From sequence record SRR22947727_844: DNA of 44,663 nt; one strand, 5' to 3'. The position numbers and the translations under genes were made by a program. Positions 37,941-44,663 of this stretch are shown in pieces; position 1 is the first letter of the stretch, and the number at the start of each line of letters is the position of its first letter. Below the pieces are notes generated by a model. The model saw only the letters and a program-made list of their open reading frames with translations, was not told the DNA's origin and made no database searches.

Positions 37941-38573
37941 TCAGCGGAGAAACGGATTTGTGTCCCGCTCCACCGCAACCGTTGTCGCGGAACCGTGACC
38001 GGGGAAAACCATCGTCTCGTCGGGAAGGGTTAGGATTTTTTCACGAATTCCCCGCACCAACAAATCGCCATCTCCGTGCGGAAAATCAGACCGCCCCAGC
38101 CCACCTTCAAACAAGACATCACCTCCAAAAAGTACCGACGACCCCTTCGGCTGAAAACAAAGAGAATCCGGAGAATGCCCCGGAACGTGAAGGATAGTGA
38201 ACTTCTGCCCTTTAATCGGCGTGACCGATGTTTCTCCTTCGAGGAAATGGTCGACCTGAAACTCTTTGATATCGAGAGCCATCCCATAGGCTGCTTCAAC
38301 GACCGACTTCAGCGTCAAATCGTCATCCGGCTGAGAATGGCTGTATATCGGCATGTCAAAAGCCGCCTTCATCTCTGCTGCCCCCTGAATATGATCGTAA
38401 TGCACGTGAGTCAGCAGCAGCGCGGCTACGTTCAGCGTCCGGTCCTGAAGCCACTTCGCGATGCCCTCCGGCGCATCAATCACGATTACCTGCCCGTTTT
38501 CCAAACGGAGCAGGTACCCGTTCGTGAAAACACTTCCACCTGTATATATATCGATTTCAAGATTCTGACTCAT
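37941..38573 (-). CDS. MBL-fold metallo-hydrolase (glyoxalase II / YcbL-like)
   Basis: LTHVHYDHIQG, PGHSPDS, GDVLF..GLGRSD, PGHG. Confidence 0.92.
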   Translation of the reverse strand: MSQNLEIDIYTGGSVFTNGYLLRLENGQVIVIDAPEGIAKWLQDRTLNVAALLLTHVHYDHIQGAAEMKAAFDMPIYSHSQPDDDLTLKSVVEAAYGMALDIKEFQVDHFLEGETSVTPIKGQKFTILHVPGHSPDSLCFQPKGSSVLFGGDVLFEGGLGRSDFPHGDGDLLVRGIREKILTLPDETMVFPGHGSATTVAVERDTNPFLR

Positions 38574-38630
38574 CACTGATTTGCTTTTGCGGCTTCTTTC
38601 GCGACACTTGTTCAAACTGTCCAATTTTTT

Positions 38631-39014
38631 ATGAGCTTTAAATTCGCCTGTCCGAACTGCAACGAATCGATCCCGGCCGACCCGACCCTCGCCGGTGAAT
38701 CGACAAACTGTCCCAAGTGCGACTGGATTATCCGGATCCCGAAAATGGATGTCCTGAATGAAAGTCGCGAGCAAATCAAGTTTCTTTGCCCGTCATGCGA
38801 TCGCAAACTTTCAGCGACCGTAGAACAATTTGGGACAGAAATGCCCTGCCCCTACACCGATTGCAAAAATCCGATTCTCGTTCCCCGCCCCGAATGGAGC
38901 GCTGTTCCGACCAGCATCACCACGAAAGGCGAAGTCCGTCCGTCGTCGTTGATTTCTGCGGCAGAGGAATTGACCCGCAGATCCGCAGACACGAGAGCCA
39001 TTCCCCCACGCTGA
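38631..39014 (+). CDS. Double zinc-ribbon hypothetical protein
   Basis: CPNC, CPKC, CPSC and CPYTDC in two tandem modules (KFxCPxC...G....CP). Confidence 0.75.
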   Translation: MSFKFACPNCNESIPADPTLAGESTNCPKCDWIIRIPKMDVLNESREQIKFLCPSCDRKLSATVEQFGTEMPCPYTDCKNPILVPRPEWSAVPTSITTKGEVRPSSLISAAEELTRRSADTRAIPPR

Positions 39015-39021
39015 TTTTTTT

Positions 39022-39858
39022 ATGGCGGGTGATGTTTCAAATCAGGAGCCGGAGTTGCTTTCTCCAGCGAGTTTTACGGAACTATTCGTTGCGTGTTTGC
39101 GTCAGATCCGTCCCGAATTAAAAATCGAAGTCATCGAAGACCTCGAACTCAAATTTTCCAAACCGGGAGACGATCGAAAACCGCATCAGGCCTTCCTCGA
39201 CAACGCCTTTACCGTTTATCAGAAAGATCCCGAAGCGCGCGATGAAATCATCGATCAATTCATTGCCGGACAGTTGGAGACGCTCGATAAAAGCGCCACG
39301 GACGATATCAATCCGAAGCGGATCATCCCCGTCATCAAAGACCGGCAGTGGCTTGAAGACATTTCGATTTCTCTAAAAACGAACGCCGAATTTCCGATCC
39401 CACTCCACGACGAATACAATTCGGAGCTGCAAGTGATCTATGCCGAGGACAGTGAGCACAACATCCGTTATTTGAACGGCGATAACCTCGATCAACTTCC
39501 CTGCGAGCGGAATGAATTGCTCGCGTATTCCACCGAAAACCTCAAAGATCTCCTCGGCAACGGCATCGAAGTCATGGGCGGAGACGGCATTTTCATGGTC
39601 ACCGCCGGCGGAAATTACGAAACCAGCCTGTTGTTGATCCATGACTTGTGGACTGCCAATGGCCCAATGGAAGTCAAAGGTCAGCACGTCGTTGCTATTC
39701 CAACCCGCGATCTGCTACTTGTCAGCGGCACTGACGATCTCGAAGGAATCGCCCGTATTCGTGAAATCGCCGGCGAAATGATTCAGGAAAACGCTTACAC
39801 CCTCACGCCCGTTTTATTCGCATGGAACGACGGACGTTTCGAAGTATTCGAAGGCTGA
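39022..39858 (+). CDS. DUF1444 (YtpQ-like) family protein
   Basis: RIIPVIK, VIYAEDSEHNIRYL, GGNYETSLLL, VVAIPTRDLLLV. Confidence 0.7.
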   Translation: MAGDVSNQEPELLSPASFTELFVACLRQIRPELKIEVIEDLELKFSKPGDDRKPHQAFLDNAFTVYQKDPEARDEIIDQFIAGQLETLDKSATDDINPKRIIPVIKDRQWLEDISISLKTNAEFPIPLHDEYNSELQVIYAEDSEHNIRYLNGDNLDQLPCERNELLAYSTENLKDLLGNGIEVMGGDGIFMVTAGGNYETSLLLIHDLWTANGPMEVKGQHVVAIPTRDLLLVSGTDDLEGIARIREIAGEMIQENAYTLTPVLFAWNDGRFEVFEG

Positions 39859-39866
39859 AAATTTCA

Positions 39867-39909
39867 CGATCGAATAGGGTCTGTTCAACGTACGCACCCT
39901 ATTGGATCG
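39867..39909. repeat. REP-like inverted doublet between convergent genes
   Basis: cgatcgaatagggt-ctgttcaacgtacgc-accctattggatcg, with the stem extended by TTTCA...TGAAA. Confidence 0.8.
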
Positions 39910-39927
39910 TGAAAGTGGGAATCTCAC

Positions 39928-40365
39928 TCAGCGGCAGCGACTTCCGCCGTAGCTTCGGGAATAACGAAGTGAAGGGGAACTGCGGAACGAAAGATAACGG
40001 GACGATGACTGCGACGAATACAATCGAGGAGAATAGTACCGCGATGAAGAATAATAACTTGGTGAACTCTGGCGCAACGAGAAAGACGTCCGTGGGCTCA
40101 CGGTGATGATTGTGCTGCGAGACGATTGCACGACTCGATTTGAACCGCAGTTGCTATGATAAACCGGAACCCAACCGTAAACCGCTGCGCGATTCACATA
40201 ACGAACGGATCGGTAGGTAGCGCAAACGGGCTTACGGCAGTGCTGGCAAGAATGAAGCACGCGAGTCTGATAGAGCGGGCCGCCGGCTTTGGCGACGGAA
40301 GGAACCAGCGTCATGCCGAAAACGGCCATCAGCGTTGTCAGAGGAAAAAGGAGCAGTCGATTCAT
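39928..40365 (-). CDS. Hypothetical secreted Ser/Arg/Tyr-rich protein
   Basis: Signal peptide ending VAKA, CQHC, low-complexity tail; an RBS-like CCTCC on the top strand is not evident. Confidence 0.6.
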   Translation of the reverse strand: MNRLLLFPLTTLMAVFGMTLVPSVAKAGGPLYQTRVLHSCQHCRKPVCATYRSVRYVNRAAVYGWVPVYHSNCGSNRVVQSSRSTIITVSPRTSFSLRQSSPSYYSSSRYYSPRLYSSQSSSRYLSFRSSPSLRYSRSYGGSRCR

Positions 40366-40559
40366 GTTTCGGAGGTGGGATTGGGGTTACAAAGAACGGT
40401 TCCACAGATAAAGACGCACGGTGATGCCGCTTTATTCACATTTATTTGGAGATTTTCCGTTATTTCGTACTTTTTTGAAAATTACGGATAACTGAACAGA
40501 ATTCAGTTTCCGCCAGTGCTACCTGCTGCTACTATAGCCAGTATCAATTTCCCCATGCC

Positions 40560-42041
40560 ATGAACAAAACCCAGGCGCTCATTTTCTTTGGAGTCATCAT
40601 TGCCGGACTCGGCATTTCACTTTTCACGCTTAATCAGTGTGGAAAACAAGTCGAGGTGGTCGGGATTCCATCGGTAGATCCAGCGGTCAACCAAACCACA
40701 CCGGAGACTCCCGGAACTGGGACCAAACCGATCACGCCTAGGGATCCAGCGGTGACTCCTGAAATTCCGGGCAACAAACCAGCAGTTACCCCAGTCAAAA
40801 TTCCCGCCTCATTTGCTTCTGCCGATGCTTTGCTCTCGGCCATGTCAGAATCAGTGAAAAACCGCGATGCGGATACGTTTTTAAAAATCGCCGGCCCGGA
40901 TGCAGCCACCCCACTGGTTCAGGCTCAAGTATCCAAGCTGATTAAGGACACCAATTTTGAAATCGATGACCAGCAGCCGAGTACTCAGATTGCAAAAGTG
41001 GCCGGTTCATTCTCACGATGGGCAATTCGCCTGAAACCGGTCAAAGGCGTGACACTTCCAGAAGGCGCTCCAAAAATCGCCGAAATTTACACGGACGTGA
41101 TTGAGAAGAAGGGCGCGGGTTGGGATGTTTCTAAAATTGCACTTCCACTCGAAGTCACTGCATTTTTGGGCACCACGCCGATTGCAAAAGTGAACATGCC
41201 AGCTGTAGACCCTGCTACGCCGACAACTCCAGGAACACCTGCAACTCCGGCCAATAAAGGAAACTCAGCCAAACCAAATCTCCCAGCCGCTGCGGGCATC
41301 GATGCACCGGATGCCCTGACCGTTGCGCACGCGTTTTCAAAAGCAGTGGTGGATAAGAATTTCAAACTCGCCCGTGACATGACGGACACGGAAACAATTT
41401 CCGACGAACGGGTTGCCGCGCTGATGATCGCGATCGAAGAAGGAAAATTCGGACTTCGCAAGCAAGAGCCTCTGGTTGTCACGTTAAACCGCGAAAGCAT
41501 TGTTTGGGTGCTGACACGAATTGAAAGCGGCAGCGCTGATGGAAATTCTGAGTTTGCTCTCGAAATGGCAAAGACCGGCGACGATTGGAAAATCAACGGC
41601 CTCGCTTTTAACGCACTGCTCACGGCTTTGGCGGATCGCGCTGGCGCAGGCGGAACAGCTTACGCGCCAATGGTTAAAAATCCGCAAGGTGGTGAATCGC
41701 TTGTGGTTTATTTTGACTTTGACAAGGATGGCGTGACGTCGCGGGCGAACAAGCAGCTTGGGATTATCGCTTCGATTTTGAAATCTGATGCTTCTCGCAA
41801 AATTCGCATCAACGGCCATGCCGATGCGCTGGGAACGGACCAATACAACGAAACTCTAAGCGACGGTCGTTCAGCTGCGATTCGCAAGGCGCTGGTCGCA
41901 GCTGGCGTCAATAACAAGCAGATCATCACCGAAGCATTCGGAGAAACCCGACCGCAGCGGCCGAACTTCAAAAACGACGGAACGGATGACCCCAGTGGTC
42001 GCTCACAAAACCGTCGTGCTGAGGTCTACCTCGATTTCTGA
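40560..42041 (+). CDS. OmpA family (peptidoglycan-binding) protein
   Basis: N-terminal TM, VYFDFDK, INGHADALGTDQYNETLSDGRS, FGETRP, GRSQNRRAEV. Confidence 0.9.
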   Translation: MNKTQALIFFGVIIAGLGISLFTLNQCGKQVEVVGIPSVDPAVNQTTPETPGTGTKPITPRDPAVTPEIPGNKPAVTPVKIPASFASADALLSAMSESVKNRDADTFLKIAGPDAATPLVQAQVSKLIKDTNFEIDDQQPSTQIAKVAGSFSRWAIRLKPVKGVTLPEGAPKIAEIYTDVIEKKGAGWDVSKIALPLEVTAFLGTTPIAKVNMPAVDPATPTTPGTPATPANKGNSAKPNLPAAAGIDAPDALTVAHAFSKAVVDKNFKLARDMTDTETISDERVAALMIAIEEGKFGLRKQEPLVVTLNRESIVWVLTRIESGSADGNSEFALEMAKTGDDWKINGLAFNALLTALADRAGAGGTAYAPMVKNPQGGESLVVYFDFDKDGVTSRANKQLGIIASILKSDASRKIRINGHADALGTDQYNETLSDGRSAAIRKALVAAGVNNKQIITEAFGETRPQRPNFKNDGTDDPSGRSQNRRAEVYLDF

Positions 42042-42116
42042 TTCCGCCGCAAGCGATTACAAAAAGTCGTTTCGGTTATAAAGGTCGGTCATCGAATACG
42101 CCTCGATGATGGGAGT

Positions 42117-42518
42117 ATGAAGAATTCGACAACGGATCTCCCCTTCCTGGTCGTCAACGACGATCCGACTATTCAGCGTTTGTTTCGCAAAAAGTTGGAG
42201 CGTTATGGCGCGGAATCGGTTCGGGCGTGGACCGGAGGCAAAGCGATTTACAAAGCTAAAAGCCACGACTTCTCGGCAACCTTTCTTGATCTCGTTTTGC
42301 CTGACATGGACGGGATAGAGCTCTACGAAAAATTGCTCGAAACAGAATCTCATTACAAGTTGCCCGTGGTTTTCATCGCCGATACCGGAAGCCGTGATGA
42401 ATTGGCAGTGTTCAATCGGCTTGAGACTGAAAAAGCGGTTTCCGTGATTTCCCGATCGGCTCTAAGCAGCGGATCGGACCGGATCATTCCGGAGTTGATG
42501 CTGGCTTCAAAAAATTGA
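42117..42518 (+). CDS. Stand-alone response regulator receiver (atypical)
   Basis: LVVNDD, FLDLVLPDMDGIEL, LPVVFI. Confidence 0.8.
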   Translation: MKNSTTDLPFLVVNDDPTIQRLFRKKLERYGAESVRAWTGGKAIYKAKSHDFSATFLDLVLPDMDGIELYEKLLETESHYKLPVVFIADTGSRDELAVFNRLETEKAVSVISRSALSSGSDRIIPELMLASKN

Positions 42519-42519
42519 A

Positions 42520-43479
42520 TCAACCTTCGACTCCAATCCATTTCATTCCCAGCGCAATGATGAGTGGCGCGGTTCCGATTGAAACGATAGAAGTCGCCAG
42601 CACGACCTGAATCGCCGTTGCCGGATGACCACCGTAGAGCCGCACCACAACAATCGGAAAAATCGCGGCCGGCATCGCTGCTTGAACGACCATCACTCGT
42701 TTCAATTCTTCCGGCATGGGCAGGTAGATCGCAATCGCCATAATGATCGCGGCCATGATTCCAAGCCGCACAATGCAGCTGACGATGACTGTTTTGAACG
42801 TATCTGCCCGACGAAAAGCGGCTGCTTCAAAAAATCGGGACATCGTTGCGCCAATCATAAAAATCGCCATGGGGATGGCACACACGCCCATCATTCCAAA
42901 AAACGTCTGTGCAATTTTTGGGATGAATTCGTGAAGCCCCGTGAAATTCAAAATCAGCGCCACGACGGTTGCGATGAACGGGCCATTCAAAACGGCCTTG
43001 AGATTGGCTTTTCCAGCCAAAATCGAAACTCCGATCGTCCAAACCGCTAATTCGACACCAAGTCCGTGCACCAAAATGAGCCCCTGTGGCCCCGGGTCAT
43101 TGGGGAACAGCTCGGCCATGATTGGCAGCGGAAGGTAACCATAATTCTGAATTCCCGTTGCCAAGGTAAACGTGCGCGCCCCTTCTCCTCGCTTCATTCG
43201 GGTCAATCGACCGATCAAAAATGCCATCGTAAAGCCGATCACAATGACAACAAATCCCGTTCCCATCGCCCAGCTCGCCGAAAGTGCCGTCGCCAGCGCA
43301 GGATTTCCCGGAACGACACTGAGGATGAAACAAGGAATCAGAACATTCAGCCCGAGTTTCATCACCCCGGTTTCAACCGCTTCGCCACCGATCCAATCGC
43401 GCCGCTGCATGAAAAATCCGGCCCCGACGACGAGAAACACCGGAATAATGGCGATGAGGATGGTGGAATAGGAAAGCAT
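42520..43479 (-). CDS. AEC (auxin efflux carrier) family transporter
   Basis: IIPVFLV, NYGYLPLP, NGPFIA, IPMAIFMIG, QAAMPAA; about 10 TM helices. Confidence 0.9.
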   Translation of the reverse strand: MLSYSTILIAIIPVFLVVGAGFFMQRRDWIGGEAVETGVMKLGLNVLIPCFILSVVPGNPALATALSASWAMGTGFVVIVIGFTMAFLIGRLTRMKRGEGARTFTLATGIQNYGYLPLPIMAELFPNDPGPQGLILVHGLGVELAVWTIGVSILAGKANLKAVLNGPFIATVVALILNFTGLHEFIPKIAQTFFGMMGVCAIPMAIFMIGATMSRFFEAAAFRRADTFKTVIVSCIVRLGIMAAIIMAIAIYLPMPEELKRVMVVQAAMPAAIFPIVVVRLYGGHPATAIQVVLATSIVSIGTAPLIIALGMKWIGVEG

Positions 43480-43529
43480 TGCGTTTCTTGGGTGTAAAAC
43501 CAACACCATCATGCGTTTTCAATACACAC

Positions 43530-44015
43530 CTACTTCCGGTTAAACCTCGCCATTTCGCGGTCAGCCTCACGGGATTGCACCCGTTTCTTGATGTCTTCAC
43601 GCTGATCGACGTGAGACTTTCCTTTACCCACACCGAGCTCAACTTTGATGTAGCGGTCTTTCCAATAGAATCGTAACGCGACGATCGTGGCGCCTTTTTG
43701 ATCGGTTAAAACAGCCAACTTTTCGATCTCACGCTTGTGGAGTAAAAGTCGCCGAATGCGGCGAGGAAGATGAATTTCATGACTCGCTGCTTCGTAAGGG
43801 CGGATGTCGCAATTGTGAAGCCAGGCTTGCCCTTTCTCGATCCGGCAGAAGGAATCGCCCAGATTGATATTGCCGCTCCGGATGGATTTCACCTCCGTGC
43901 CAACCAACGCAATGCCCGCTTCATACGTCTCCGTGATGTGGTAATCCCGTCGCGCTTTTTTGTTCGACGCGATGAGTTCTCCCAGATCCTTTTTGCCTTT
44001 TCCCTTTTTACTCAT
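43530..44015 (-). CDS. smpB: SsrA-binding protein
   Basis: NKKARRDY, EAGIALVGTEVKSIR, RRLLLHKREI, GKGK..DQRE. Confidence 0.98.
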   Translation of the reverse strand: MSKKGKGKKDLGELIASNKKARRDYHITETYEAGIALVGTEVKSIRSGNINLGDSFCRIEKGQAWLHNCDIRPYEAASHEIHLPRRIRRLLLHKREIEKLAVLTDQKGATIVALRFYWKDRYIKVELGVGKGKSHVDQREDIKKRVQSREADREMARFNRK

Positions 44016-44539
44016 CGTTTTTCCAAATCTACTGCAACGCGGTCGCCATCAATTTCCAGCCAGAGCGGTTCTTTGATGCCGTTGCGAACCCAGTATTTCA
44101 AATCAGCAGTCGCCTCGTCTTCGCTCTCCAAAACCGGCGGTGGATCAAACGGCAGAAAAAACCGCTCAATCTCATCTCCGCTTTCCGTAACCAAACGCAC
44201 ATTCGGCGACGTCAATTCGAGAGGTTTCCCGATATTTCCCGAAATCGTAAATTCAAGAAGGCTGTCGATGCAATCAGGCACTGATTTCAGATTCACAATT
44301 TCAAATCGCGGCTCATTTTCTGCAACGGTGGGCGCTCTGGCTTCGGTTTTTGGGTCCTTAGAATTCGAAATTTTCGTCGACGATGAATCCGAATTCACCC
44401 CGGACGATTGTTTCCCATCAACTGCAACAACGGGCGAATCGAGCTCGATGTTCTCTCTCGGAGATTGGAACACAAACCAAACCGCACCGCCAATAATGAG
44501 GAAGAGTAGCCAAATTTCTATTCTCTTAAAAATCGCCAT
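44012..44539 (-). CDS. Hypothetical membrane-anchored protein
   Basis: N-terminal TM helix; ATGA overlap with smpB suggests translational coupling. Confidence 0.75.
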   Translation of the reverse strand: MAIFKRIEIWLLFLIIGGAVWFVFQSPRENIELDSPVVAVDGKQSSGVNSDSSSTKISNSKDPKTEARAPTVAENEPRFEIVNLKSVPDCIDSLLEFTISGNIGKPLELTSPNVRLVTESGDEIERFFLPFDPPPVLESEDEATADLKYWVRNGIKEPLWLEIDGDRVAVDLEKR

Positions 44540-44636
44540 CGGAAACGTGAATCAATTGGCAAATCAACACGCTTTCGCCATTGTTGACAAGCTCCCGTCT
44601 CGTCGGACATTTGCCGCCCGCAAAAACCATCCGAAA

Positions 44637-44663
44637 CGAACCAATAGGGTCTGTTCATCGAAC
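44637..44663 (+). repeat. REP-like element cut by the window end
   Basis: cgaaccaatagggtctgttca followed by tcgaac, the start of the second unit. Confidence 0.75.

Noticed and set aside
38574-38774. N-terminal extension of the MBL hydrolase in the ORF track
   Set aside because: Overlaps the divergent zinc-ribbon gene; the recognisable domain starts at ATG 38573.
43480-44663. tmRNA or tRNA near smpB
   Set aside because: No tmRNA ends or tRNA cloverleaf recognised.

Overview
A mostly housekeeping segment of a ~50% GC bacterial chromosome, probably Verrucomicrobiota (inferred from a PVC-type heme-binding CxxCH protein, a ThuA protein, an SHD1-like domain and a CehA/McbA-like hydrolase). It carries rnpB, alr, ogt, folE2, split pntAA-pntAB-pntB, rfbA, a cdaA-mini-cdaR-glmM unit, an HtrA protease, a SurA-like PPIase, mfd and smpB, with transposase debris at the left edge. 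Three signals are not explained by these genes. (1) A 520-bp cassette just after rnpB: a GxxExxY PD-(D/E)XK nuclease gene enclosed by 32-bp inverted repeats, with a third internal partial copy. (2) A dispersed REP-like 21-bp mini-hairpin (consensus CGAAYCAAYAGGGTTGGTTCG) at seven loci, mostly in 22-bp-phased direct or inverted doublets; one doublet is translated in-frame inside glmM and one copy supplies a stop codon. (3) A RusA-motif ORF beside the largest cluster of that repeat. All protein assignments are by eye-recognised motifs; no searches were run.
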